Shown here: positions 54,170-64,000 of the stretch, piece by piece
Position numbering within the stretch: the first letter of the stretch is position 1
Layout of the letters: each line of letters begins with the position of its first letter
Assembly (NCBI GenBank): GCA_963797565.1
Contig: CAWCPM010000005.1
Coordinates: 164,256 to 228,255, forward strand
DNA: 64,000 nucleotides
Direction of reading: 5' to 3'
Source: an uncultured Actinomycetes bacterium
GTDB taxonomy: Bacteria; Actinomycetota; Thermoleophilia; Gaiellales; JAICJC01
Program-made: the position numbers and the translations under genes
Notes under the pieces: generated by a model
Told to the model about the DNA's origin: nothing
What the model saw: only the letters and a program-made list of their open reading frames with translations
The model's database searches: none

Positions 54170-55596
54170 AGCACCGTCCGCTCGCGCGCCGGCAGGCCGA
54201 CGGGCAGGAGCGCCAGGTAGGCGGCCCCGGCCGCGAACCCGGTCGCGAACAGGCCGACGTACCAGGCGCTCTGGGAGGTGGCGGAGTGCACGATCCAGGC
54301 CGCCGCCAGGCAGGCGCCCGTGGGCAGTGCCAGGCGTAGGTAGTCGAGCGTGTAGGGCTGGATCCGCACCAGGTGCTTGACCTGGCCAAGCCGCAGCAGG
54401 TTGACGCTGCCGAGAGTCACCGCCGAGGCGACCGCCGCACCCTCGATGCCGTAGGCCGATGACAGCGGCGCGGCCAGCCCCACCATCACGAGCACCGCCA
54501 CCGCGTTGTCCGCCAGGTCAATGCCGGTGCGACCGACCATGATCAGCACGAAGGCGACCCCGCCGGTGGCGACGTTCACAAGCTGGCCGGCCAGCAGGAT
54601 CCGGAGCGCAGTCTCGCCGCCCTCGTAGCGGGGGCCGAAGGCCGCCAGCACGTCGGCGGCCGACACCCACAGGATGATCACGGTCGGTATCGTGGCGGCC
54701 AGCGCCCAGCGGGTCGCGCTCTTGAACAACGAGTCCAGGCGCTCGTGCTGGCCGCGCGCATAGAGGTCGGCGGCGAACGGTGAGAACAGCAGGTTGACGG
54801 ACGTCAGGAACAGCAGCAGCACCTGCGAGATCCGCCCGACGGCGGCGTAGGTGCCCACCTGGGCGCTCGACACGTAGTACTCGACCACCCACAGGTCGGC
54901 CCAGAACAGGGTCTGGGCGAGCAGCGCGGACGGGGCGCGGGGGAAGCCGAAGCGGACGGCGGCCCGAAACTCCTCGCGCGTCGCCGGCTCGTCCCCGAAG
55001 CCGGCGCTCGACCTGCGCCAGAACCACCAGGCACCGACCGCGGCCACCGCCCAGGAGGCGTTGTAACACCAGCAGGCGGCGTCGGTGCCACCGCCGGCCG
55101 CGAAGGCCAGGACGGCCAGCACGATCCAGGCCAGTGGCTGGCCGATCCAGAACACCCACAGGGTCGGCGCCATCGCCTTCAGCCCGCGCGTGGCGCCCAG
55201 GTAGACGGCGGTCGCAGCAGCGAACGGGATCGATCCGGCGGCCACCGCAACCTGGCTGCTGCCGGCCGCCAGCGCGCACGCGGCGATCACGGCGGTCGCG
55301 GCCACGCTGACGCCGACGGCCAGGAGCGTGCAGCGGTCGACCAGGCTGCGCAGCGTGGCCGAGCGGTCGCTGCCGCGGCCGATGGCCACGTCGCGCACGG
55401 CCGAGAGGTCCATGCCGAAGCGGCTGCCCGCGGCGGCCACGAACGCGACCTGCACCGCCACGGTCACCAGGCCCAGCCCTGAGCGCCCGAGGTGGCGCCC
55501 CATCAGGATCTGCACGCCGAAGGCTGCGGCCACGCCCGCCACCAGCCCGGCGATGTTCACTGCGGTGCCCGACAGCAGGGTGCGCTCGTCGCTCAT
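54127..55596 (-). CDS. Oligosaccharide flippase (Wzx/MOP family)
   Basis: About 12-14 TM helices, GSRFGMD, LFWADLW, GTYAAVGR, YGIEGAAVAS. Confidence 0.8.
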   Translation of the reverse strand: MSDERTLLSGTAVNIAGLVAGVAAAFGVQILMGRHLGRSGLGLVTVAVQVAFVAAAGSRFGMDLSAVRDVAIGRGSDRSATLRSLVDRCTLLAVGVSVAATAVIAACALAAGSSQVAVAAGSIPFAAATAVYLGATRGLKAMAPTLWVFWIGQPLAWIVLAVLAFAAGGGTDAACWCYNASWAVAAVGAWWFWRRSSAGFGDEPATREEFRAAVRFGFPRAPSALLAQTLFWADLWVVEYYVSSAQVGTYAAVGRISQVLLLFLTSVNLLFSPFAADLYARGQHERLDSLFKSATRWALAATIPTVIILWVSAADVLAAFGPRYEGGETALRILLAGQLVNVATGGVAFVLIMVGRTGIDLADNAVAVLVMVGLAAPLSSAYGIEGAAVASAVTLGSVNLLRLGQVKHLVRIQPYTLDYLRLALPTGACLAAAWIVHSATSQSAWYVGLFATGFAAGAAYLALLPVGLPARERTVLYRSTRRITNLGPR

Positions 55597-55661
55597 GTCG
55601 GCATAGTGTTTCTCACGGGCCGGCGATCTCCCCCGTTCCACACCCGAAAGGATGGTGTGAC

Positions 55662-55778
55662 ATGGGTGCCGTGATCGTGATCTCGTTGTTCGTGCTGTTT
55701 CTGGTGGCCGCCGTGCGTGATGGCGTGGACTCGCGCGAGTGGCGACCGCAGGGCTGGTGGCCGGGCAGCCCCCGCTGA
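55662..55778 (+). CDS. 38-aa small membrane protein (not in the ORF track)
   Basis: MGAVIVISLFVLFLVAAVRDGVDSREWRPQGWWPGSPR*; AAGGA RBS upstream. Confidence 0.6.
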   Translation: MGAVIVISLFVLFLVAAVRDGVDSREWRPQGWWPGSPR

Positions 55779-55793
55779 GGGCGAGTCCCCCGG

Positions 55794-57296
55794 TCAGTCG
55801 AGATAGCCGAGACCGCGAAGCCGCTCCTCGACTTCGCGCTCCTCGTCGTCCGAGAATACGCCCACCGCCTGCTGCTCGGGCGCGTCGGCGCCGGCCGCGA
55901 CCTCGACGCCCAGCGCCCCTCTGATCCAGCCGGCGAAGTCGGCCAGGGAGATCTCGTCGCCTGCGCCGGCGGCGATGCCGGGACCGGCGGCGACGTAGAC
56001 GCCCTCCGGCCGGTGGTCGCCCGACAGCCAGTCGGCCGGCTCGACGATCTGGCGCGCGTGCGTGAGGCTGTACAGCGGGGCCGGCTCCAGCAGCAGGTCT
56101 GGCGCGCGGTCGAGGTAGCGGCCGTGCAGCACGTCCTCCTTGCGCAACACCCGCGCGATCGGGTGGCGGCCCGTGGTGGGGTCGACGAAGCCCAGCAGCG
56201 CGTCCGCGACCTCGGTGCGCACCCGCTCGTAATCCTCGGCCGGGACGGTGCCCTGCGGCTCGCGCCCGGCCAGCGCGATCGAGACGCCTTCGCCGGTCGA
56301 GGTGACGCTCGTGTAGGCGGTGGTGTGGGCCCAGTCGATCGGCGTGGTCGGCACCTTCACCTTGCCGTGCAGGCCCAGCCGGTCGTAGGCGACACGCGCC
56401 AGCGAGCGGATCCGGCCCCAGGCCAGCAGCGAGACCAGCGCCGAGCCGCGGCCCATGCGCAGGGCACCCATGCTCTCCAGCACGCGGTTCATGTTGAGGG
56501 CGCGCGTGACCGGCTGGTGGCCGTGATCTGACATCAGCAGCACGAGGTCGTCGGCGTCGGTGCGCTCGAGCAGCGTCCCCAGCTCGCGGTCGAGCAGCCG
56601 GTACACGTCGATCACGCGCTCGGCCACCGGCGTCCGGGACGCGGTGGCGTGGTCGGGATGACCGGGGTGCACGTACTCGAGCAGGCAGTGCTGGATGCGG
56701 TCGGGAGACACGAAGACCATGCAGGCCGCATCCCAGGGCTGCTCGTCCATCAGCCGGCGCATGGCCTCGGCGCGGCGGCGGGTGACGTCCTCGACGTCGG
56801 CCACCAGCTCCAGCGGCTTGCCCCGGAAGGTCGTCCAGGAGCCGCCGTTGATCGGCCAGCCCAGGTCGGGCCCGGCCTCGGGCGGGTGGCTGAAGGGGGC
56901 GCCCTGCGGGATCACGCCGCCGGCGATGACGACGCCCTTGATCTCGGGAGCGGGATAGGTCAGCGGCACGTTCACGATCAGGCTGGTACGGCCGGCATCG
57001 GTCAGCTGAGACGGCCACGTCGGTGCCAGGATCGAGCGCGAGGAGACCGGCAGCCTGCGGGTGGCGCCGAGCCGGTACTCGAGGATGTCGAACACGCCGT
57101 GCCCGGCCGGGTCGCATCCGGTCAGGAAGGTCGGCCAGGCCGCCCAGGAGTGCGACGGCAGGCATGAGCGGGAGACGCCCTTGCGGCCGCGCTCGATCAG
57201 CGCTGCGAGGTTCGGCAGCTCGCCCGCCGCAAGCAGCGGATCGAGGATCTCCCAGTCGGCGCCGTCCCAGCCGACGATCAGGACGCGATCTGCCAT
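55794..57296 (-). CDS. Alkaline-phosphatase superfamily protein (type I phosphodiesterase/nucleotide pyrophosphatase-like)
   Basis: IVGWDGAD, PSHSWAAWPTFLTG..P..HG, DRIQH, MSDHG, GDHRPEG, C-terminal ERLRGLGYL. Confidence 0.8.
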   Translation of the reverse strand: MADRVLIVGWDGADWEILDPLLAAGELPNLAALIERGRKGVSRSCLPSHSWAAWPTFLTGCDPAGHGVFDILEYRLGATRRLPVSSRSILAPTWPSQLTDAGRTSLIVNVPLTYPAPEIKGVVIAGGVIPQGAPFSHPPEAGPDLGWPINGGSWTTFRGKPLELVADVEDVTRRRAEAMRRLMDEQPWDAACMVFVSPDRIQHCLLEYVHPGHPDHATASRTPVAERVIDVYRLLDRELGTLLERTDADDLVLLMSDHGHQPVTRALNMNRVLESMGALRMGRGSALVSLLAWGRIRSLARVAYDRLGLHGKVKVPTTPIDWAHTTAYTSVTSTGEGVSIALAGREPQGTVPAEDYERVRTEVADALLGFVDPTTGRHPIARVLRKEDVLHGRYLDRAPDLLLEPAPLYSLTHARQIVEPADWLSGDHRPEGVYVAAGPGIAAGAGDEISLADFAGWIRGALGVEVAAGADAPEQQAVGVFSDDEEREVEERLRGLGYLD

Positions 57297-57350
57297 GTGC
57301 CGCACCTTAGTGCGACGGCGGATTCTGCTGAACCACCACGACGTGTGATG

Positions 57351-57385
57351 TGCATACTCTTACCGGTCTTGTGTATACTCTTGCA
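57351..57385. promoter_or_regulatory. Tandem ArgR operators upstream of argC
   Basis: TGCATACTCTTACC (57351) and TGTATACTCTTGCA (57372), 21 bp apart, ending 2 nt before the argC ATG. Confidence 0.75.
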
Positions 57386-57386
57386 C

Positions 57387-58295
57387 ATGTCCGTGCTGGC
57401 ACCACCCGCCGTCGCCACCGCCGCCGTCTTCGGTTCCACCGGCCTTGCCGGGCGTGAGCTGATGCGGCTGCTGGCGTCGCATCCCCGGATGAGGGCGGTT
57501 GCCTGCGCGGCCGATACGCGCGCACCGGTCGAGTGCGATCTCGTCCTGCTGGCGCTGCCCCATGGCGTCGCGGGTGAGGTCGGTCGGGACCTGGCCGGTG
57601 CGCGCGTCCCTGTCATCGATCTCTCCGCCGATCTGCGCGGGGAGTGGCAGTACGGCCTGCCCGAGCTGCACCGCGGCGCCATCGCCGGCGCCCGTCAGGT
57701 GGCGAACCCCGGCTGCTACGCCACCGCCGCCATCCTGGCGCTGGCACCGATCGTGGCCGCCGGCCTGGTCGAGCCGGACCTCGTGGTGGACGGCAAGTCG
57801 GGCGTGTCCGGCGCCGGTAAGACGCCGACCGAGCGCAACAGCTTCTGCGCGGCGGCCGAGGGCATCGCCCCCTACCAGCCGGTCGGCCACCACCACCAGC
57901 TCGAGATCGAGGCCCAGCTCTCCGAGGTCGGCGGCGGCCCGGTCTCGGTCACGTTCACGCCGCACCTCGCGCCGTTCACGCGTGGCCTGCTGGTGACCGC
58001 GTACGCGCGGCTGCGGCCGGGCGCGGGCCAGGCCGAGGTGGAGGCGGCGCTGCTCGGCGCCTACCAGGGCGAGCCGTTCGTGCAGCTGGTGGACGGCGTG
58101 CGCACGCAGGCGCTGCGCGGCAGCAACCTCTGTCAGCTGCAGGCCTGGGTCGACCCGGAGCGGAGCCGCGTGATCGTGGCCGCCGCCATCGACAACCTGG
58201 TCAAGGGCGCGGCCGGCCAGGCCGTCCAGAACGGCAACCTGATGCTGGGCCTGGACGAGACCCTGGGGCTGCCCGGAGAGCCGGCATGGCTGTAG
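57387..58295 (+). CDS. argC: N-acetyl-gamma-glutamyl-phosphate reductase
   Basis: GSTGLAG, LALPHG, DLSAD, ANPGCYAT, KSGVSGAG, IDNLVKGAAGQAVQN. Confidence 0.95.
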   Translation: MSVLAPPAVATAAVFGSTGLAGRELMRLLASHPRMRAVACAADTRAPVECDLVLLALPHGVAGEVGRDLAGARVPVIDLSADLRGEWQYGLPELHRGAIAGARQVANPGCYATAAILALAPIVAAGLVEPDLVVDGKSGVSGAGKTPTERNSFCAAAEGIAPYQPVGHHHQLEIEAQLSEVGGGPVSVTFTPHLAPFTRGLLVTAYARLRPGAGQAEVEAALLGAYQGEPFVQLVDGVRTQALRGSNLCQLQAWVDPERSRVIVAAAIDNLVKGAAGQAVQNGNLMLGLDETLGLPGEPAWL

Positions 58296-59473
58296 GAGCC
58301 TGCTACCCGGCCGGGTTCGCCGCCGGCGTCGCCGCCTGCGGCATGAAGCGCAGCGGCAAGTCGGACCTGACGCTGCTGGTCTCCGATCGCCCCGCCACCG
58401 CCGCGGGCGTGTTCACCACCAACCGCGTGGTGGCCGCACCGGTCACGGTCAGCCGTGCCCAGATCCAGGGCGGCCTGGCGCGGGCGATCGTGACCAACTC
58501 CGGCTCGGCCAACGCCTGCACCGGTACCGCCGGCCGCGACAACGCCTGGACGATGGTGGCCGAGGCCGGTGTCGCGCTGGGCATCCCGTCCTCGCAGGTG
58601 CTGGTCGCGTCGACCGGCGTGATCGGCACCCAGCTCCCGATCGACGACGTCGTGGCGGGCATCCACAGCGCGGCCGGTTCGCTGGCCGGGACCAACGGCC
58701 GCCGGTCGGCCAACGCGATCCGCACCACCGACCGCTACCCGAAGCTGGCGCAGTCCCAGGTCGAGCTGGCCGGCGGCCCCGTGCGCATCGGCGGCATGGC
58801 CAAGGGCGCCGGCATGATCCGGCCGGACATGGCCACCACGCTGGCGCAGGTGACGCTGGACGCCGAGCTGCCGCAGGCCGCCCTGCGCCGGATCCTGCGC
58901 AACGCCGTGGCCGGCTCCTTCAACGCGATCTCGGTGGACGGATGCACCAGCACGAACGACTGCGTATTCATGCTTGCCAACGGCGCCTCCGGTGTGGCCG
59001 TGGACGGGCCGCGGCAGCTGCGGGTGCTGAGCGGCGCCGTGTCCGAGCTGATGCTCGACCTGGCCAAGCAGGTGGTGCGCGACGGCGAGGGATCGACACG
59101 CGTCTGCGTCTACACGGTGGACGGCGCGCTGAGCGAGCCGGAGGCCCGCGCGGCCGCCCGCGGCGTGGCGGAGAACGTGCTGGTCAAGTGCGCCCTGCAC
59201 GGCGGCGACCCGAACTGGGGCCGGATCCTGGCGGCGCTCGGCGCCGCCGGCGTGCACCTCGATCCCGACCGCGTCTCGGTGGCGGTGGGCGGGGTGCCGA
59301 TCGTCGCGGGCGGCGGCGGCATCGACGGCACGATGGCCCGGGCGCGACAGGAATTGTCTAAGGATGAGGTAGAGGTCGAGATATCGCTGGGCGTGGGCGC
59401 CGGCAGCGCGACCGTGATCGCCTCCGACCTGTCGCCCGACTACGTTCAGTTCAACAGCGCGAGCACGACATGA
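58286..59473 (+). CDS. argJ: Ornithine acetyltransferase / N-acetylglutamate synthase
   Basis: NSGSANACTG, STGVIG, AKGAGMIRPDMATTL, STNDCV, DGEGST, GDPNWGRI. Confidence 0.95.
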   Translation: MAVGACYPAGFAAGVAACGMKRSGKSDLTLLVSDRPATAAGVFTTNRVVAAPVTVSRAQIQGGLARAIVTNSGSANACTGTAGRDNAWTMVAEAGVALGIPSSQVLVASTGVIGTQLPIDDVVAGIHSAAGSLAGTNGRRSANAIRTTDRYPKLAQSQVELAGGPVRIGGMAKGAGMIRPDMATTLAQVTLDAELPQAALRRILRNAVAGSFNAISVDGCTSTNDCVFMLANGASGVAVDGPRQLRVLSGAVSELMLDLAKQVVRDGEGSTRVCVYTVDGALSEPEARAAARGVAENVLVKCALHGGDPNWGRILAALGAAGVHLDPDRVSVAVGGVPIVAGGGGIDGTMARARQELSKDEVEVEISLGVGAGSATVIASDLSPDYVQFNSASTT

Positions 59474-60145
59474 TCGCGGTCGTCAAGGTCGGCGGCGCGA
59501 CGTCCGGCGCGGCCGCGCAGGTGGCGGCGCTGGGACGGGCCGGCCGGCAGGTGGTGGTCGTGCACGGCGCCGGCCCCAAGATCACCGCACGGCTGCATCG
59601 CGGCCGGACTGGAGCCGCGCTTCGTTGACGGCCAGCGCGTGACCGACGCCTCCGTGATGCGCGTGGTCGAGACCGCCATCGCCGAGGCCAACGCTGCGCT
59701 GTGCGCCGAGCTGGAGGTACAGGGCGTCGCCTGCCGGCCGATGCGGGACGCGCTGACGGCGGAGCCGTGGGGCGACAGCCGGCTGGGCATGGTCGGCCGC
59801 ATCACCTCGGTCGAGCAGATCGGCGTGCGAGCGTTGCTGGCCGCCGGGATCGTGCCGGTGATCGCGCCCACCGCATCCGGCCTCAATGTCAACGCGGACA
59901 ACGCCGCCGCTGCCGTGGCCGGCGCGCTCGGCGCATCCGAGCTGGTCTTCCTGTCGGACGTGCCCGGGCTGATGGGGCCAAGCGGCGAGGTGATCCGCCG
60001 CGTCACGGCCGCCTCCGCCGCGCAGCTGGTGGCGTCGGGGAGCATCACCGGCGGCATGATCCCCAAGCTGGATGCCGGGTTCGCGGCTCTCGCCGACGGC
60101 GTCCGGCGCGTCCGGATCGGAGCTGAGACGATGGTGACGGCATGA
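59470..60145 (+). CDS. argB: Acetylglutamate kinase (apparent +1 frameshift at ~59602)
   Basis: VVKVGG, VVHGAGPKI; after removing one G, RFVDGQRVTD...NVNADNAA...SDVPG...GGMIPKL. Confidence 0.9.
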
Positions 60146-60600
60146 ACGAACGACAGCAGGCGATCACCGAGCTGCTCGACGAGCACGAGGTCTCGACGCA
60201 GCTGCAGCTGCAGCGGCTGCTGGCACGGCGCGGCCACGACGTCACCCAGGCGACGGTGTCGCGCGACCTCGACCGCCTGGGCGTGGTGCGGGTGCGCCGC
60301 CACGGCCGGCTGGTCTACGCGCTGTCCGAGGACTCCGACGCCGCACCCGCCGACCCGATCGGGCAGGTGGTGCTGGCGCTGGGCCTCGTGCGCAGCATGG
60401 AGGCGTCCGGCCATATGGCTGTGCTGAAGACCGGGCCCGCGAACGCCCATCCCGTCGCCTTCGCCTTCGACAACGCGTCCTTCCCCGAGATCATCGGCAC
60501 CATCGCCGGTGACGACACCCTGGCACTGATCGCCCGCGAGCCACATACCGGGCACGACCTGATCCGCTTGATCGAGCGGCTGCAAGAGGAGACTCCGTGA
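60142..60600 (+). CDS. argR: Arginine repressor
   Basis: RQQAI, TQLQL, VTQATVSRDL, KTGPA.A, GTIAGDDT. Confidence 0.95.
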   Translation: MNERQQAITELLDEHEVSTQLQLQRLLARRGHDVTQATVSRDLDRLGVVRVRRHGRLVYALSEDSDAAPADPIGQVVLALGLVRSMEASGHMAVLKTGPANAHPVAFAFDNASFPEIIGTIAGDDTLALIAREPHTGHDLIRLIERLQEETP

Positions 60601-61805
60601 AAGACACCATCGTTCTTGCCTATTCCGGCGGCCTCGACACATCGGTCGCCCTGCGCTGGCTGGCCGACGAGTACGACGCCGACGTGATCGCCCTGCTGAT
60701 CGACGTCGGCCAGGGCATCGACGCCGAGGCGGTCACCGCCCGCGCGCTGGCCGCCGGCGCCAGCGACGTCGAGGTGATCGACGCGCGCGACGAGTTCGCC
60801 GCCGACTACGTGCTGCCGGTGCTGCAGGCGGGCGCGCTCTACGAGGGCCGCTACCCGCTGGTGTCGGCGCTGTCACGGCCGCTGATCGGGAGGCACCTGG
60901 TGGCGGCTGCCCGCGCCCGCGGCGCGACGGCGGTCGCCCACGGCTGCACGGGCAAGGGCAACGACCAGGTGCGGTTCGAGACGGCGGTGGCGGCGCTCGC
61001 GCCCGACCTGGCGGTGCTGGCGCCGGTGCGGGACTGGGGCATGACCCGCGAGCAGGAGATCGCCTACGCCGAGGAGCACGGCATCGAGGTGCCGGTCAAG
61101 TCAGGCGAGGCCTTCTCGATCGACCACAACCTGTGGGGCCGCTCGATCGAGGCCGGCCCGCTCGAGGATCCCTGGGTGGAGGCGCCGGAGCAGGCATTCG
61201 CCCTGACCATCTCGCCGGAGCGGGCGCTGCCCGCGCCGCAGGTGGTCGAGATCGAGTTCGAGCAGGGCCTGCCGATCGCGATCGACGGTGAGCGGCTTGA
61301 TCTGGTCTCGCTGATCGGGCGCGCGGGAGCGCTGGCCGGTGCCCACGGGGTCGGCCGCATCGACATGATCGAGAACCGGCTGGTCGGGATCAAGAGCCGC
61401 GAGATCTACGAGGCGCCGGCCGCCGCGCTGCTGATGGCCGCCTACGGTGGCGTGGAGGAGCTGGTCTGCGAGCGCGACCTCGCCCACACCAAGCAGGAGC
61501 TGGCGCTGCAGTACGCGACCCTGATCTACAACGGCCTCTGGTACTCGCCGCTGCGGGCGGCGCTGCAGGCGTTCATGCAGCACGTCACCGCTTCGGTCAC
61601 GGGCACTGCCAAGGTCAAGCTCTATCGCGGCAGCTGCGCGGTGGTGGGACGGACGGCCGAGGGGTCGCTGTACGACCACGGCCTGGCCACCTACGAGGAG
61701 GGCGACAGCTTCCACCACGGGGCTGCCGCCGGCTTCATCCACGTGTGGTCGCTGCCGACCAAGACCTGGGCCGCGGCCACGCAGCCGGATACGATCGAGG
61801 TGTGA
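60597..61805 (+). CDS. argG: Argininosuccinate synthase
   Basis: LAYSGGLDTS, SALSRPLI, HGCTGKGNDQVRF, ENRLVGIKSREIYEAP. Confidence 0.97.
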   Translation: MKDTIVLAYSGGLDTSVALRWLADEYDADVIALLIDVGQGIDAEAVTARALAAGASDVEVIDARDEFAADYVLPVLQAGALYEGRYPLVSALSRPLIGRHLVAAARARGATAVAHGCTGKGNDQVRFETAVAALAPDLAVLAPVRDWGMTREQEIAYAEEHGIEVPVKSGEAFSIDHNLWGRSIEAGPLEDPWVEAPEQAFALTISPERALPAPQVVEIEFEQGLPIAIDGERLDLVSLIGRAGALAGAHGVGRIDMIENRLVGIKSREIYEAPAAALLMAAYGGVEELVCERDLAHTKQELALQYATLIYNGLWYSPLRAALQAFMQHVTASVTGTAKVKLYRGSCAVVGRTAEGSLYDHGLATYEEGDSFHHGAAAGFIHVWSLPTKTWAAATQPDTIEV

Positions 61806-63074
61806 CAGGCACACCTGAACCGCTCTGGGCATGGCCGCCTGTCCGGCGGCCTCGATCCTGCCATCCTCGACTTCACCGCCTCGCTGGCGGTCGACCGGCG
61901 GCTGCTGCCGTACGACCTGCGCGCCAGCGCCGTGCACGTGCGGATGCTGGCCCGCCAGGGGCTGATCGACCCGGCGGAGGCCGACGCGATCGTGGCGGCG
62001 CTGGCCTCGGTGGAGGTGGAGCCGGACGCGCGCGACGAGGATGTGCACTCGGCGATCGAGCGGCTGCTGGGCGAGCTGGGACCGCGCGTCCACGCCGGCC
62101 GCAGCCGCAACGACCAGGTGCAGACCGCGATGCGGCTGTGGGCCAAGCAGGCCTGCGGCGACCTGATCGAGCGCGTACGCGGCCTGGCGTCTGCGCTGCT
62201 CGACCGCGCCGACGCCGAGGGCGACGCCGTGCTGCCGGGCTACACCCACGGCCAGCGCGCTCAGCCGGTGTGGCTGGGCCAGCACCTGGCCGCCCACGTC
62301 TGGGCGCTGACCCGCGACGGCCGGCGGTTGTCGCAGGTGCGCGAGGCGGCCGACGTGTGCCCGCTGGGCGCGGGTGCGCTTGCCGGCTCGAGCCTGCCGC
62401 TCGACCCGCAGTGGGTGGCCGCGGAGCTGGGCTTCGCCCGATCGTTTGCGAACTCTCTGGATGCGGTGTCCGACCGCGACTACCTGACCGGTCTCTGCTA
62501 CGCGGCCGCGCTGGCGATGGTGCACCTGTCGCGGATCGGCGAGGAGCTGGTGCTGTGGACGTCGGCCGAGTACGGCTTCGCCGAGCTGGACGACAGCGCC
62601 GCCACCGGCAGCTCGATGATGCCGCAGAAGAAGAACCCGGACGCGGCGGAACTGGTGCGGGGCAAGGCGGGCACAGCGATCGGGCGGTTGACCGGTCTGC
62701 TGTCCACCCTCAAGGGGCTGCCGCTTGCCTACAACCGCGACCTGCAGGAGGACAAGCGGGCCAGCTTCGACCAGGTCGACGACCTGGCGGGGTCGCTGGC
62801 GGCGCTGACGGTATGCGTGCGGGGGCTGCGTTTCGACCGCGAGCGGATGGCGGCGGCCGCGGGCGACGGCCGCACCGTCGCCACCGATCTGGCCGAGCAG
62901 CTGGTGCGCGAGGGCGTGCCCTTCCGCGAGGCGCACTCGCGGGTGGCGGAGCGGGTGGCTGCCGGCGAGCGGTTCGCAGATCCGACCGCCGAGCAGGCCG
63001 CGGCCGGCCGGCTGGCGCCGGACGACCTGCGTGCGCAGCTGGCGGCGGCCCGCGCGGCGGTCGCAGCGTTGTGA
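61802..63074 (+). CDS. argH: Argininosuccinate lyase (apparent +1 frameshift at ~61829)
   Basis: EDVH, HAGRSRNDQV, GYTHGQRAQ, GSSMMPQKKNPD. GTG 61802 joins after removing one G (PLWHGRLSGG). Confidence 0.93.
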
Positions 63075-64000
63075 GCGAGCTGCTGCTGGGTGGCGTCGCG
63101 GCATCCGCGCTGGCGGCCGAGTTCGGGACGCCGCTGTACGTCTACGACGAGCTCGAGCTGAGGGCCCGGGCGCGGGCCTACCTGGCGGGGCTGGAGAGCT
63201 ACCCCGGAGCCTCTCGGGCGGTGTACGCCTGTAAGGCCAACGCCACGGTGGCGGTGATCGCGGCGGTGGTGGGGGAGGGGCTTGGCGCCGACGTGGCCTC
63301 GGCCGGCGAGCTGGCGGCGGCGCTGCGTGCCGGCGCCAAGCCGGAGTCGGTGATCGTCCACGGCAACAACAAGTCCGACGCCGACCTGTCGGCGGCGATC
63401 GAGGCCGGGTGCGGGCTGGTGGTCGTCGACCACATGGGCGAGCTCGACCAGGTGGAGCGGCTGGCGGCGGCCGCCGGACGCGTGCAGCCGGTGCTGGTGC
63501 GCGTCACGCCCGGCATCGACGCCGACACGCACGACAAGATCAGGACCGGCCACCACGGCTCCAAGTTCGGGTTCGCGGCTCCGGACGCGCTGGACGCGCT
63601 CGACCGCGCGGGGTCGCTGCTGCACGTGCAGCCGGCCGGGCTGCACGTGCACCTGGGATCGCAGATCAACCAGCTGGGGACGTACGCGAGCGCGGTCGAC
63701 TGGCTGGTCGCGTTCATCGAGGAGCACGGCCTGGGCGAGCTGCCGGTGCTCGACCTGGGCGGCGGGCTGGGCATCGCCCACGCGCCGGGCGACATCGAGC
63801 TCGCGATCCAGCCGTCGCTGGAGGCGATCTGCGCGCACCTGACCGACGCGCTGATCGCCCACGGGCTGCCGATGCCGGAGCTGGTGGTGGAGCCGGGCCG
63901 CTCGATCGCCGGGCCGGCCGGGACGACGCTGTACCGGGTCGGATCGATCAAGCACGCGGCCGACGGCACCGTCTACGCAGCGGTGGACGGCGGCATGTCC
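63071..64000 (+). CDS. lysA: Diaminopimelate decarboxylase (runs off the window)
   Basis: Not in the ORF track; my translation: FGTPLYVYD, YACKAN, HGNNKS, SKFG, HVHLGSQI, DLGGGLG, EPGRSI. Confidence 0.92.
   Translation, partial: MSELLLGGVAASALAAEFGTPLYVYDELELRARARAYLAGLESYPGASRAVYACKANATVAVIAAVVGEGLGADVASAGELAAALRAGAKPESVIVHGNNKSDADLSAAIEAGCGLVVVDHMGELDQVERLAAAAGRVQPVLVRVTPGIDADTHDKIRTGHHGSKFGFAAPDALDALDRAGSLLHVQPAGLHVHLGSQINQLGTYASAVDWLVAFIEEHGLGELPVLDLGGGLGIAHAPGDIELAIQPSLEAICAHLTDALIAHGLPMPELVVEPGRSIAGPAGTTLYRVGSIKHAADGTVYAAVDGGMS

Overview
High-GC bacterial chromosomal window. Gene content (ArgR ARG boxes, dnaK-grpE-dnaJ-hspR-clpB, ino1/pgsA, many leaderless genes) suggests an actinobacterium, possibly Thermoleophilia/Gaiellales; this is inference. 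Core genes: polyamine ABC transporter, argF, argCJB-R-GH, lysA, rlmD, moaA, nth, chaperone operon, psuG/pfkB, malyl-CoA lyase plus class V aminotransferase. Envelope loci: an amino-sugar/ATP-grasp/GT-C cluster (7.8-14.8 kb), an inositol-lipid cluster with a PimA-like GT4-PHP fusion (23.5-27.9 kb), and a sqdB-containing glycan cluster (47.9-57.3 kb). Most unusual: (i) a 199-bp non-coding element at 23305-23503 with perfect 18-bp terminal inverted repeats and a multi-branched fold; (ii) a RAYT-type transposase with four REP-like palindromes; (iii) a presenilin/SPP-like membrane protein next to a catalytically degenerate UDG-fold protein. About ten single-base indels break otherwise intact genes, including argB and argH, so they are most likely sequencing or assembly errors, and the ORF track is misleading at those sites. 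All family assignments come from motif recognition by eye; no database searches were run.
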